IMG/VR virus record: IMGVR_UViG_3300043427_001127
Location: 32,001-96,000 of that record
Origin: a virus
Strand: one strand, 5' to 3'
DNA: 64,000 nucleotides
Positions 11,401 through 20,019 of this stretch are shown here, in pieces. Positions within the stretch are counted from its first letter, which is position 1. Every line of letters starts with the position of its first letter. The position numbers and the translations under genes were made by a program. The notes under the pieces are model-generated. The model worked only from the letters and a program-made list of their open reading frames with translations. It was not told the DNA's origin and made no database searches.

Positions 11401-11429
11401 CACCAAGAAGTTACGTCACCATTATCTAA
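2409..11429 (+). CDS. Giant (3006 aa) repetitive virion protein, putative fibre thread
   Basis: Uninterrupted ORF built from ~19-20-aa units (SGAAVEKNTESYVGTG.., SGAAEAFGANPPENTQLF..) with interspersed DYG clusters; located in the structural region. Confidence 0.85.
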   Translation: MASYVYDSNDSYPFSSVDNGFVYVRPATSTEDFGAINVSATSQESYAEITVKQNNDTAFGFATVNGTAKYYKPKKYSYSSSSDNLFAEEDNGLITNAKTSTDDYGTLTAEDGISVREDRYRIDVSQTILAMEPGYTYSSASALVAFVEKTDASTLLLSIYGGSSLTGVTAAISKVAIAWVGNGTPFEIGGSANEIVKAFSTVGTSGPLRLDVASTEAHIRSYDFENVLPFNIVDYGSLGLVSNPDIDFGFVSQPNAGGEKDYGLIVNDSEETPFGLYETNGIGLESFSKQTPAETVPFTLSGEVVLPLAVSIKGVGSVNLSGAAVEKNTEDYVGTGNLFNTSGAAEVFGANPPEDFSLFDITGSAAEKNTERYIGNSIVSITLSTSSNKINTNSFIGVSISGSGTGVGANGGFNIGSHFKFDGVGARRLDLQPLNVGSYNTIQFTAIRGNDNNGGEDPDTSTESLVLQYSINNGNTFTNVGNIVTYNDASFNNLKSVSLVIPNDAKTSSTIFRISQSSSSGTGFDNYGITEISLLSSPPTSIVFSNGYTNLKFTSGAGETTQLFALSGSGVEKNTEDYVGTGSTSISVVSVEKNTETYVAELAGNVTDLFASYGDLTAVTESEDYGLITQSATNVDYRYLSSDYYDINGAAVEKFIAQTPENTQLFTFSGAGVEKFTSQGGETTQLFQFTGAAIEKNTEDYVASGTFSTFSGAAESVTYRYSFDSFIPFTEFDYGSVTQSPTNDIDLGSVSAPNTGGEKDYGSITFINEVVPYGLWTTSGFAIELFSKNIVDNGGTITLSGEVVLPLAVSIIGVGSVNLTGSAVEKNTESYVGIGNLFNTSGAAEAFGANPSEDFSLYDISGTATEKFRANPPEDFAQFTLSGAYSNLKFTTQGGETTQLFSISGAAVEKNRESYVGTGSTSIDVTKVEKNTESYTVAQASIHVLSDYGDLRESAGSTEDFGLITSAATEFETAGSVVRDYLKLFGYAVEKLVAQTPENTQLFDTNGTAVEKFVAQTPEQTVTFTYTGSSVEKNTESYVGTGQATLDVFSELRKLIPAYVGFGFAFTTNGSAEAFGANPPENTQLFQVSGAAIVKVNPKWNGSGTINIDITSVEKHTESYVGTGTLFEFIDSDESRTYVYDLNDVVPFLDVDYGSISAAAFIEIDYGTVAGAFSGGEVDYGTVIFTESVLPFGSINLSGAAIEAFSPNTPENTQIFVISGAAVEKNTESYVGVGTESITGSAVEKNTEDYIGVGNLFNASGAAESTGANPPENIQLFATSGNAVEKFRANPPEDFAQFIFSGVAVEKFTTQGGEDTQLFTLSGSAVERNTESYVGTGTLFEIVDKIESRTYDYTVSQSNLLSVDDYGLITDAITSSEDYGTVDIAFTQTESYGAVDFDFLFLRGTASESFGEGLYTASGTITISGFGKVREIPRWVSKDGTITISGTGTVPVSVAEIGSGNLFTSSGAAEVFGANPPENIQLFQTSGTATEKFRANPPEDFAQFTFSGVAIESAGFNPPENTQNISVTGVAVDVTSVSEIGTGSLFTAFGAAEVFGANPPESTQLFVYSGVATEKNTESYIGAGTTEIDVTHTMRFVPNWIGNGTINIDVESTEKNTESYVGSGNAFTFIDSEERRTYDYTVETVEVVNEYRNLIKDATTSTEDYGLISSIASEFIDNGTTVRNYIEIIPTSIVRSTPREIASGSLFATSGAAEVFGVNPPENTQLFTYTGAASDIKHTESWVGTGSQTLTGEGDEDLVKSFVGSGVLVSISGSIFFIGYFPYTDYITFFTSGAASYKEVNAFNGTGTTTTSGSAVVTNTESYVGTGSLFGFSGAAESVTYVYNIDVVIGFNEVDYEFVTEIPSIDIDYGSVALPPTSGIFDYGYIRYEETIIGATGQFTFGGSAVESNTERYIGTGSTSIDVFSTERNTESFNGSGNLFTASGSAEVFGANPPENTQLFSVSGVGNTREIAVYTASASGTTTLSGAAVERNTEDYVGDNPIFTIDVFSTEKNTEAFAGTGTETLSGVGAEKNTESYVGTGTFSVLSGAVEAFGANPPENTQLFTYTGAATEKNTESYVGVGTESITGTAVEKNTEAFVGSGTETLSGAGIYNTTEVYIGTGVVSTISGAAEAFGANPPEDITLFTYTGAAVEKNTESYVGTGSTTASGVCVEKNTEAFVGSGSLSTVSGAAESFTVNPPENTHLFVSSGVAETRVIYLYRFETDGQGTYTISVSHVERNTEAYVGTGSTTASGVAIEKNTETFTGSGELFTFNGAAESRTINPEEDVVLYTFVGTATEKNTESWVGTGTETLSGTAKEKNTEVYVGTGTTTASGIAAEKNTEVYIGTGSVSTLSGAAEAFGVNPPENTHLFVYSGAATERNTEAYVGTGTETLSGTAVEKNTESYVGTGFITALSGAAEAFSAQTPENTILFTFSSSAAEAFVAQPPEDFAQLTFSGFITERNTEAHFGTGTATLSGTAVEKNTEAYNGTGTLTASGVGLEAFAWANYNGTGSLFAISGAAEAFGANPPEDTSLFTFTGFSVVLNTYSEVGTGTEFVTGTAIEKNTESYVGTGQLFNYDGSAESRTINPEENTILYTFVGSAEESFTTQVDETTQIFTISGSAVERNTETYYGYEQYITGGSAVVIAYRSYIASGSLFATSGAAEVFGVNPPENTQIFTYSGVGFESTTNVYYPEGYIYIDIDSVVTETKTYTGSGSISNFSGAAESTGANPPENIQLFVYSGSATEKNTESYVGLCDISVDVFSVERNTETYDATGTATLTGTADQSNTESYVASGSLFAISGAAEAFGVNPPEDTVLYTFTGAATEKNTESYEGSGSLYNVGSGAITRAVAINNTIYVTITGDSGDARARVFVASGTATLSGTGAESYTRATYIATGTETISGAATERNTESYVGSGSLFGFSGAAESTAVVPTSNIFATFSGSAGIVRTNIVIGDGTLFAFDGAAESVGRRPENDTVLFTTSGESQILWNPFRPPRSYVTII
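4989..5047 (+). repeat. 59-bp near-identical intragenic direct repeat (partner 6864-6922)
   Basis: agcggaacagcaacagagaagttcagagcaaa(t/c)ccaccagaagactttgctcagtttac occurs at both positions with one mismatch. Confidence 0.85.
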
Positions 11430-11432
11430 TCT

Positions 11433-11440
11433 TATAAATA
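11433..11440 (+). promoter_or_regulatory. Late promoter TATAAATA
   Basis: Exact consensus in the intergenic gap before 11471. Confidence 0.8.
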
Positions 11441-11470
11441 AGAAAAGAAAGCACTAGGATAGGTATCTCC

Positions 11471-11659
11471 ATGACTACTAGAGTCAAACTAAGAAGAGGA
11501 ACTACCGCTGAGCACGCTGCTTTTACTGGAGCGGAAGCGGAAATCACATTTGATACGGATAAAAGTACTGTAATCATGCACGATGGAGTAACTCAAGGAG
11601 GATTTGAAGTAGCAAAGCAGAGTACCTCACTTGCCCTGTCAATCGCCCTAGGTGGTTAA
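11471..11659 (+). CDS. Stand-alone Mtd_N-like (fibre attachment) domain protein
   Basis: 62 aa; VKLRRGTTAEHAAFTGAEAEITFDTDK...HDGVTQGG signature; ends SLALSIALGG. Confidence 0.8.
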   Translation: MTTRVKLRRGTTAEHAAFTGAEAEITFDTDKSTVIMHDGVTQGGFEVAKQSTSLALSIALGG

Positions 11660-11688
11660 TCAGTAAAAAATATTCAGAGATATAAAAA

Positions 11689-14600
11689 ATGGCAAAACGT
11701 TTAGTATTTAAATCTACATTTTCCCCTTCAACCAATGAAGTAACTATTGAGGGAAATATTCGTAGAAGAAGACTTCTTCTCATCACTAATGTAAGTAAAA
11801 ATATTATTATCTACAACTTTGCTGAACCAACCCTAGGTGCAACAACATTTAGTTTTGATCCAGTAGAAGAAGAGACAACAATCACTCTGGTGAAAGATTG
11901 TTCTGCTATGGATGAAGATGACACTCTTCAGATCTTCTACGAAGAAGATGCCGTAGCATTTGAACCAGACGAAGCATATACTGACCCTGTATCAAAGTTC
12001 AGAATCTCTGAAGCTCAGACTCTGATTGACACGGACTTTGAATATGGTCTTCAGTCAACCAAGTGGGAAACGATTGAAATGTTAAACAACATTCCATCGT
12101 TCTTTAGTAGAAGTGGCGACACTCCATTGGTTGTGACAGAAGTTGCTGTAACTAACGATAACGATACGATTATCGTAACAGCTCCTTCACATGGTCTTTC
12201 TGTAGGTACTCCACTTGACGTTCGTGGTCTTAGTGTAACTACACTAGAAGGTAGCTACATTATCAAAAACGTACTAGACACAGATAGATTCACATTTGTT
12301 GCCAGAGAGAAAGCAACATTTACTGGATCTGTTTTTGGTTCATATACAACTATTACTCCTGGACAGTTTTATCAAGGTTCTCAAGTTCCTTATAAATCTA
12401 TTTTTACTGATGCGGTAAACCCATCAACCATTACGATTGAAACTCCATATCCATCTGGGTTTGTTAATGGAGCTGCATTCTATCTAACTAACACCATTGC
12501 TCTCAGTAACATTTCATTTGATGCTACTCTGGTCGATATCACTGATACCTTGACAACAACTGCAACTGTTAACCCAACAGGAACACAGTCTATTGGAACA
12601 TTAGATTCTTATAATGTAACTATTTGGGATAAGCAAGGATTATCTGGTGTTTCAAATACCAAAGCATTTACTAGTGACGCTGTTGATGCAACAACAAATA
12701 ATATTACACTAACTGCACACGGATTCTCTGATAACCAAGCAGTAGTTATTTTTCCTGCGTCTGGTGCTACAATGCCTGGCGGTGTAACAGGTGGTCGTGC
12801 ATATGTTCTCAGAACTATTGACGCCAATACTTTCTATCTAACAAGATACTGGAGTTCAACAACTAAAGTAGATATTACTTCTCAAGGTAGTGGACAGTTT
12901 GCTATTGTTAGAGCGCATGGTGTAAGAAGCATCAACTATAGCAACGATCAAATCAAGTTCTTTGATAATCCTGGATGGGCTAGTTCACAGAGATTTGTTT
13001 ACTACAGAGGTGATCAAAGCCCTGCTCTCATTCAGCAATCATCTGCTGGTACTACTGGTCCTGCTGATGCTGTTGGCACTATCGCAGACTGGTATACTGC
13101 GGATTCAGCAAACTTAACCAGTACATATTTTGTTACTGGTGGTGCTTCTGCAGATTGGACCATCAACTCAACTTCAACTGGTGCATATAATGTTACTGAA
13201 GGTCCACTTCTAGCAATCAACTCACTCAGAAAAGAGTTTGGTTCATTTAGTGGAACTGGAAGTATTAGCGGAACAACACTAACTATTTCTTCTGTTACTG
13301 ATGGTCGCTTAGCTATTGGAAGCGTTCTATTTGGCGGTACTCCTGCGATTACAGCTAGCACCAGAATCACTGCTTTCGGAACTGGAACTGGTGGGATTGG
13401 AACATACACCGTCAACAACAGTCAAACTACTTCTGGCACGATTACTGGCAACTTACAGTATGAACCAGATTCTCTTGGCGTTACTATTTTAAATGCAACT
13501 TCTCGCAAGGGAACTCAACATGGTGGATCAAACAGTGGCATTGCCCTTGTAACACCAAACATGATTTCTGGTAACTTTATTAACTTTGGCTCTGGTACTT
13601 CTGTATTTACCGATGGTACTGGTGTCGCAGTTATTCCTCTTCCAGGAACAACTCTACCTACTGGTCTAGTTGCTGGCAGAGCATATGCCATCAGAACCAC
13701 TGGAGTTGCTAGTGCTACACCAGCAGCTCCTGCTCTTACATTAGTACAAAACGGAACAACTGCACAAACACTATCTGGTTTCAGTGGACCTGGATTCCTA
13801 CTCGTTGCTGGTATGGTTATTAACTCAGTTGCATCTGGTAGTGCTACCATTACCATGCAAGGTACTGATGTTAACAACAACAACGCTGGTAGAGGATTCT
13901 TAATTAACGGAAACCTTGACCAAAAGTTTGTTTACTATAGAGGTCCATCACTAAACGTTCTATCTTCAACTGGTAACGTATTCCAAGGTGCGGAAGCAAA
14001 CACTGCTCAATGGTATAATAGTGCTGTAAGTAGTACATTTATTGGATCTGTAAGTACAACAAACGCAAGTGCTACAATCACAGTTAGTGGATCACCAACT
14101 GCAATCACAGGAACTTTAGAAATCGGTTCTGCTATTTCTGGTCCTGGTATTCCTAATGGAGCATTTATTCTTGCCTTCGGAACTGGTACTGGTGGTGCTG
14201 GAACATATACAATGAGTGCAGCAGCTACTTCTACAACCAGTGGTGTAATCACTGCAGTAAATACTACCTTAGGAACTACTTATTTCTCCAGGTCTTATCC
14301 AGCTGCTACTACAATGACTCTTGCGACGACAAGAGGTGGTACAGCATTTACATTCAGTGCTGCTTACACATTTGCAGCTGGTGGTCAGATTCACCTACTT
14401 GTTCCTTATCGTTCACTTGAAACTGCTTCCACTATTTTCCACGCAAATCATGGATACAGTGATAACGATGTTGTAAGATACGATGCCAATGGAAACACTG
14501 CTATTCCTGGTCTCACAACAAATACTGATTACTTCGTAAGACGCTATGATGCCAACAGATATGGTCTATCACTAGCATCTAATGGTGTTAGAATAAACCT

Positions 14601-17600
14601 GACCGATTTTGGAGCACAAAACGTTAATACTCACAGCTTCTCACAAACAAGTGGTATTCATGCGTTTGTTCCATACGCAGAATATGCAGCAAGAAACCTC
14701 ATCAACTTCTCGTCAGCACATGGATTTGTTGACAATGATATTGTCACATATTCAAATGGTGGCGGAACATCTATTCAAGGTCTAACTCAGTTCTCTGGCA
14801 TTAACATCAGCGCGATCTCATCTACATCATCTAACTTTACTGTAACCACAAGTGCTTCAACTTGGGCAGTTGGTGAAGGTATTGTAATCTCTGGTGTAAC
14901 TCCATCCGCATATAACGGAAGCTGGACGATTGCCTCAACTAACGGGACTACATCATTTACAGTTACATCAACAGCAAACCCTGGAACTGGTTCGGCATTT
15001 GGAACTGCAACTAAGGGTTACTATGTTGACTTGAGTTCCCCAACTAAGTTTGGTCTCAAAACAACTTCTATTGGCAACCGTTTAGACCTTGAAAGTTTTG
15101 GTACTGGTTCTGCTCATGTCTTCACTAAGACTATTACCAACCCAACTGCCGATACTATCTTCAAGGCAAACCACGGTCTAGTACCTGGCACAGAACTTGT
15201 TTATGATGACGGTGGCAATACCACAATCGGCGGTTTAACTGACCTTCAAACGTATTATGTAAAGGAAGTTATTGGATTAGATAGATTTACTCTATCAGCA
15301 TCTTCAGGTGGAACTAGAATCAACTTATCTTCCACTGGTACTGGAACACAATCATTAAATATTCAGACTGCTGGATCTTTTGACGGCGCTTACACTGTAT
15401 CTAACGTTGTTTCACCAACTCAATATACATTTGGTGTTTCTGCTCAGATTCCAAAGATTCAAAGATCTTTAAATCCAACAACTCAGTTGAACACAACCAC
15501 TGATGTATTTACTATTACCAACCACCGTTTTGCAACTGGTACTGCTATTGAGTATAGCAATAATGGAAATACATCCATCGGAAACTTAACAAATAATGAT
15601 ACTTATTATATCATTAGACTTGATAAAGATACATTCAAGTTAGCAGATACTTACGAGAATGCTCTTGCTGGTTCAGCAAGAGACATTACTGGTGTTGGTA
15701 CTGGAACTTCACATGTCTTCACCTCATTTAGTGTTGTAGGTGAAGTTGCTGGTGCTGGTACTGTAGATATTAGTAGTGGTCTGGCAACTGTTACTGGAAC
15801 AAATACCACATTCCTATCAACATTCCGTGTTGGTGATACTATCATCATCAATCTAGGAACAGGTTCTGTACTTGCTTCTGAGATTATTGCTATCAAGTCC
15901 AACACATCTCTAACGATTGCAGATGCTGCTGCTTCTACTTTAACTGGATTAACATATCTGATTCCTTCTGGTCTCTATGTGCGTCCTGGTTGCTTCAGCC
16001 TACACAGACCATTTGACGGTGGTGTTGAAATCAACGCTGGATACGGTGCTGACTCACAAATCATTCGTCAGACACGTAGATACTTCCGTTACCAGTCAGG
16101 TAAAGGTTTAGCATGTCAGTTCGCTATTAACTTCAACCCATCTATTGAGATTCAGTCAATCACAGCAAGTGGTAGCGTTGCTACGGTAACTACACTTCTT
16201 CCACACGGTCTGATTGCCAACAAGGCATTCACTGTTGCCGAAGCAGAAGTTAGCTCGGGTGTAAACTACTACAACGGAACTTTCCCAGTTCAGAGTGTTC
16301 CTTCTTTGACCACATTTACTTACGTTATGGATGGAGAACCATCTGACACTTCGGCAAACGGATTCCCCAAACTACAAGTTAGAAACTGGAATGGTTCTGC
16401 TATTCGTTGTGGTATGTTTGACACCCAGAATGGTATGTTCTGGGAGTATGATGGCACAACTCTATATGCAGTAAGAAGAAATAGCACTCAGCAGATTGCT
16501 GGTACTATCAATGCCACCAAAAACAGTCCAGTTATTTCAGGTCAAGGTACTCGTTTCCTTGAGCAGTTATCTCCTGGTGACTACGTTGTAATCAGAGGTC
16601 AATCATATAAGATTACCAATATTGCTTCAAACAGTACAATGTATGTTTCCCCTTCTTATAAGGGAGTTACAACAACTCGTGCGATTATCACAAAAACTAT
16701 TGACGTTAAAGTTCCTCAGAATCAGTTTAGCATTGATCCTTGCGATGGCACTGGTCCAACAGGATATCTTTTAGACATCGGTAGGATTCAGATGGCCTAC
16801 ATTGACTACTCATGGTATGGTGCAGGTAAGATTCGTTTCGGATTCAAGGATCAGAACGGTCATGTTAAGTACATGCACGAGTTCAAGCACAACAACAAAG
16901 AGTATGAAGCGTACCTACGTTCAGGTAACATGCCAGCTCGTTATGAGGTTATTAACACTGGTGTTCCCGCTTTCGCTCCTTCTCTAGCACACTGGGGTAC
17001 TACCATTCAAATGGATGGTAAGTATGACGATGATGGTTCATACCTCTTTACTGGTTCTTCATCACTACTATCGTTCTCTGGTAGTTCAACAACTACAACT
17101 GGTACTGCTGGAAACTATACTTATGTAAACACTGATGGTTCTACTACATCCATCCCAACAACTTCAACTAGCACATCTACCATCCCCACAACCAGTGTTG
17201 ACCTTGTTAACAACAGGATCACTTTAGCAAATGCTTCGTCATTATTCTCCAACGGTTCTATTATTCAATACCAAAACGGTGGTGGTGCAAATATTGGCGG
17301 ATTAACTTCTGGTTCTTATTATTTTGTAAGGAACGTAACGTCAACCAACTTCCAGCTCTCATTAACATCAACTGGTTCTATTATTGACTTGAATACAACA
17401 CAAGGAAACAACGCTCAGTTCTTCCGCTACAACTTCCGTTATAACGTAACTCTGACATCTGTTCCTGGTTATGGAAGCAGAATCATTCACCGATTCAGAA
17501 CTGATGCTTCTGGTTTCGCTGCGATTGGTTCGGTTTCATTCGGTACTCAAATCAGTTCAACCGCTATTGCGGCAGTAACTGCTTTAGCTGGCGGGCAAGC

Positions 17601-18273
17601 AAGGATTTTCCGTGTTCTCAACACTGGTGGTGGTAGTGCTGATATTGACTTCTTCTTCACTGCTACAGCAGCTGCACAGAATACCAACCCACCAGGAACA
17701 ACTGGTTTCATCGCTGCTTCTACATCATCGGCACTAGCGCATACAGTTGGTACGGATACTCCGATTCCTTCATTGATTCCGATGATTTCTGTTCGTCTTG
17801 CTCCTTCTGTTGATAGTGGTCTCATTGGTAACGTTGGTGTGAGAGATATCATCAACCGAATGCAACTTGCTCTACAAACAGTTGGTACACTCACAACCCA
17901 CGATATTGAGATTCGCCTCATTCTAAATGGCGCATTGAGTCAATACAACTGGCAGAATGTAGGAAGACCTTCATTGTGTCAATATATTTCACACCAAAAC
18001 GATGATACTGTGGTTGGTGGTACGACCGTGTTTACCTTCCGTGCTTCTGGTGGTTCTACTGAGGCAAGTGGTAAGAAACTATCTAACGTGTTTAACCAAG
18101 ATATTGATAACCTACTATCGCTAGGTAACTCAGTCCTCGGCGGTGATGGTGTATTCCCTGACGGACCAGACGTTCTAACGGTTGCCGTTGCTCCTCTGAA
18201 CGTCTCTGGTATTACGGTTAACTCACCACTATCCCTATCGTCAAGAATCACTTGGTCTGAATCACAGGCATAA
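11689..18273 (+). CDS. Large mosaic virion structural/fibre protein
   Basis: 2194 aa, Gly/Ser/Thr-rich; repeated HG(L/F)..G/ND.V.Y...I.GL....YYV....FxL modules; C-terminal core homologous to 29991-31385. Confidence 0.85.
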   Translation: MAKRLVFKSTFSPSTNEVTIEGNIRRRRLLLITNVSKNIIIYNFAEPTLGATTFSFDPVEEETTITLVKDCSAMDEDDTLQIFYEEDAVAFEPDEAYTDPVSKFRISEAQTLIDTDFEYGLQSTKWETIEMLNNIPSFFSRSGDTPLVVTEVAVTNDNDTIIVTAPSHGLSVGTPLDVRGLSVTTLEGSYIIKNVLDTDRFTFVAREKATFTGSVFGSYTTITPGQFYQGSQVPYKSIFTDAVNPSTITIETPYPSGFVNGAAFYLTNTIALSNISFDATLVDITDTLTTTATVNPTGTQSIGTLDSYNVTIWDKQGLSGVSNTKAFTSDAVDATTNNITLTAHGFSDNQAVVIFPASGATMPGGVTGGRAYVLRTIDANTFYLTRYWSSTTKVDITSQGSGQFAIVRAHGVRSINYSNDQIKFFDNPGWASSQRFVYYRGDQSPALIQQSSAGTTGPADAVGTIADWYTADSANLTSTYFVTGGASADWTINSTSTGAYNVTEGPLLAINSLRKEFGSFSGTGSISGTTLTISSVTDGRLAIGSVLFGGTPAITASTRITAFGTGTGGIGTYTVNNSQTTSGTITGNLQYEPDSLGVTILNATSRKGTQHGGSNSGIALVTPNMISGNFINFGSGTSVFTDGTGVAVIPLPGTTLPTGLVAGRAYAIRTTGVASATPAAPALTLVQNGTTAQTLSGFSGPGFLLVAGMVINSVASGSATITMQGTDVNNNNAGRGFLINGNLDQKFVYYRGPSLNVLSSTGNVFQGAEANTAQWYNSAVSSTFIGSVSTTNASATITVSGSPTAITGTLEIGSAISGPGIPNGAFILAFGTGTGGAGTYTMSAAATSTTSGVITAVNTTLGTTYFSRSYPAATTMTLATTRGGTAFTFSAAYTFAAGGQIHLLVPYRSLETASTIFHANHGYSDNDVVRYDANGNTAIPGLTTNTDYFVRRYDANRYGLSLASNGVRINLTDFGAQNVNTHSFSQTSGIHAFVPYAEYAARNLINFSSAHGFVDNDIVTYSNGGGTSIQGLTQFSGINISAISSTSSNFTVTTSASTWAVGEGIVISGVTPSAYNGSWTIASTNGTTSFTVTSTANPGTGSAFGTATKGYYVDLSSPTKFGLKTTSIGNRLDLESFGTGSAHVFTKTITNPTADTIFKANHGLVPGTELVYDDGGNTTIGGLTDLQTYYVKEVIGLDRFTLSASSGGTRINLSSTGTGTQSLNIQTAGSFDGAYTVSNVVSPTQYTFGVSAQIPKIQRSLNPTTQLNTTTDVFTITNHRFATGTAIEYSNNGNTSIGNLTNNDTYYIIRLDKDTFKLADTYENALAGSARDITGVGTGTSHVFTSFSVVGEVAGAGTVDISSGLATVTGTNTTFLSTFRVGDTIIINLGTGSVLASEIIAIKSNTSLTIADAAASTLTGLTYLIPSGLYVRPGCFSLHRPFDGGVEINAGYGADSQIIRQTRRYFRYQSGKGLACQFAINFNPSIEIQSITASGSVATVTTLLPHGLIANKAFTVAEAEVSSGVNYYNGTFPVQSVPSLTTFTYVMDGEPSDTSANGFPKLQVRNWNGSAIRCGMFDTQNGMFWEYDGTTLYAVRRNSTQQIAGTINATKNSPVISGQGTRFLEQLSPGDYVVIRGQSYKITNIASNSTMYVSPSYKGVTTTRAIITKTIDVKVPQNQFSIDPCDGTGPTGYLLDIGRIQMAYIDYSWYGAGKIRFGFKDQNGHVKYMHEFKHNNKEYEAYLRSGNMPARYEVINTGVPAFAPSLAHWGTTIQMDGKYDDDGSYLFTGSSSLLSFSGSSTTTTGTAGNYTYVNTDGSTTSIPTTSTSTSTIPTTSVDLVNNRITLANASSLFSNGSIIQYQNGGGANIGGLTSGSYYFVRNVTSTNFQLSLTSTGSIIDLNTTQGNNAQFFRYNFRYNVTLTSVPGYGSRIIHRFRTDASGFAAIGSVSFGTQISSTAIAAVTALAGGQARIFRVLNTGGGSADIDFFFTATAAAQNTNPPGTTGFIAASTSSALAHTVGTDTPIPSLIPMISVRLAPSVDSGLIGNVGVRDIINRMQLALQTVGTLTTHDIEIRLILNGALSQYNWQNVGRPSLCQYISHQNDDTVVGGTTVFTFRASGGSTEASGKKLSNVFNQDIDNLLSLGNSVLGGDGVFPDGPDVLTVAVAPLNVSGITVNSPLSLSSRITWSESQA

Positions 18274-18305
18274 TCATAAATATCTAATAAAGGTAACACA
18301 GAAAA

Positions 18306-19928
18306 ATGACGAAAGAAGTTCAGTTTAGAAGGGGGACTACAACTCAGCATAGCACCTTTACGGGTGCTCTTGCTGAGGTAACTGTTGATACTGATAAAAA
18401 GGTTGTCGTAGTACACGATGGCGTGACTGCTGGTGGGCAGGAAATGGTTGGTAGAACCGCTACACAAACCCTAACAAATAAAACACTCACCTCACCCGCC
18501 ATCAATGGTGGAACAATCAATAATGCTTCTGTTGGAGCTACCACCAGAAGCAGCGGTGCTTTCACCACCCTAGATGCAAATGGCAACGTTATCCTCGGAA
18601 GCGATTCTTCGGATACTGTTACTATTAACGGCATTGTAAATAGTAACCTCGTTCTCGGAACTGGAGTTCAGATTCAGGGACCAGGAACACTTGTTATTGA
18701 TCCAGCTACAGTTGGAGATGACACTGGTACAGTTCAAATCAAAGGTAACCTAGAAGTTCTCGGAACTACTACTACCATTGACTCAACTACAGTAACATTC
18801 AATGATCCTTTGATTGTTTTGGGTGATGGTCAGACAACTTCCGCTACTGTTGATACTGGCGGTTTTACTTTAGGAACTACTGGTATTAGTATTCAATATA
18901 ATCATGCTAACAGTAGATTTAACTGTACCGAAGATTTTCATCTTGCTAATGGAAAGGCTTATGAAATCAATGGCACTGTAGTTCTTTCTTCATCTGCAGT
19001 TTTAGGCAAAACAATCGGCGGTACGAACACAGGTGATATTGTTTCTATTGATGGCACTCAAACACTGTCTGGCAAAACCTTAACTGCACCTAGATTTGTT
19101 GATACTGGATTCATTGCAGATAGTAATGGCAATGAACTTTTAGAGTTTGGTGTAACTGCCAATGCTGTTAATGAAGTTAAGATTACCAACGCTGCAACTG
19201 GAACTACTGGTCCACTGATTCAATCTTTTGGAGAAACTAACGTTGATTTGAGATTGTCTGGTAATGGAACAGGTGATATTGTTATCGTCAATGATAGTGC
19301 TTTAAAACCACTGGCAGGTACAACATCTAAAGCTCCAATCCAGTTTACTGTAGGTTCTTTGTTGACAACCGCAACAGCGGGTGCGTTTGAGTATGACGGC
19401 ACACAGTTTTATTTGACGAATGCAGATACTGCTAACGGCAAAAAGTATGTAGAGACATTAAATAGATATCAAGTAACAGCAAACAATACTGCTATTACTG
19501 GTACTGCTATTATTGATGCATTCCCTGCAACAAGTAGTTTTCCTTTCCTTGCTGGTGCATACTATGAGATTGAATATCACATGTATTGGATTCGCACCAC
19601 TACTGCTGGTACACATACATACACATTAGTCAGCACACAAAACTGGCAATATGCTGCATTAAGTTCTCAAGGTTTACAAAACGCTGGTGTGGTTGGTCAA
19701 CATGTCAGTTCTTCCAACGCAGCTTCATTAGCACTTCCAGCATCTGCTTCAATGGCGATTGGTAACCATTACCATGTTGTGAAGTCTTATTTCTTAGCAA
19801 ACGCAACTACTGCTGGAAATATTCGCTTGCGTGTCACTTCTTCTGCTAACGGTATTACACTGCAGAGAGGCAGTTTCTACACTGTAAGAAGATTGCCTGC
19901 TGGAAGTATTGGAACTTTTGTTGCGTGA
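18306..19928 (+). CDS. Tail fibre protein with N-terminal Mtd_N-like domain
   Basis: 540 aa; VQFRRGTT.QH..FTGA.AEVTVDTDK; TQTLTNKTLT and GNLEVLGTTTTIDSTT fibre motifs. Confidence 0.85.
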   Translation: MTKEVQFRRGTTTQHSTFTGALAEVTVDTDKKVVVVHDGVTAGGQEMVGRTATQTLTNKTLTSPAINGGTINNASVGATTRSSGAFTTLDANGNVILGSDSSDTVTINGIVNSNLVLGTGVQIQGPGTLVIDPATVGDDTGTVQIKGNLEVLGTTTTIDSTTVTFNDPLIVLGDGQTTSATVDTGGFTLGTTGISIQYNHANSRFNCTEDFHLANGKAYEINGTVVLSSSAVLGKTIGGTNTGDIVSIDGTQTLSGKTLTAPRFVDTGFIADSNGNELLEFGVTANAVNEVKITNAATGTTGPLIQSFGETNVDLRLSGNGTGDIVIVNDSALKPLAGTTSKAPIQFTVGSLLTTATAGAFEYDGTQFYLTNADTANGKKYVETLNRYQVTANNTAITGTAIIDAFPATSSFPFLAGAYYEIEYHMYWIRTTTAGTHTYTLVSTQNWQYAALSSQGLQNAGVVGQHVSSSNAASLALPASASMAIGNHYHVVKSYFLANATTAGNIRLRVTSSANGITLQRGSFYTVRRLPAGSIGTFVA

Positions 19929-19947
19929 TATTTTTCACATATTTTTC

Positions 19948-19975
19948 AATCCCTCCTCGCGGAGGGATTTTTTTT
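19948..19975 (+). terminator. Rho-independent terminator abutting a late promoter (TATAAATA 19975-19982)
   Basis: AATCCCTCC-tcgc-GGAGGGATT followed by a T-run. Confidence 0.85.
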
Positions 19976-20019
19976 ATAAATATCTATGAAACCTTATGTG
20001 GGGGGGAAAGTGAACCTTC

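Noticed and set aside
2409-11429. CRISPR-like array suggested by recurring 'gagaagaa(c/t)ac' and 'ccaccagaa' words
   Set aside because: The repeats are degenerate at third codon positions and lie within one open frame, so they are protein repeats
6001-11457. Many alternative-frame ORFs of 100-265 aa inside the giant gene
   Set aside because: Leu/Val/Gln-rich shadows of the repetitive coding frame, with no independent RBS or promoter
11640-11691. Frameshift or read-through fusing the 62-aa ORF to the 2194-aa ORF
   Set aside because: Different frames, and a TAA (11683-11685) lies in the downstream frame just before its ATG
11471-19928. Diversity-generating retroelement suggested by Mtd_N domains
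   Set aside because: No reverse transcriptase and no template/variable repeat pair differing at adenines was seen; Mtd_N is only an attachment domain
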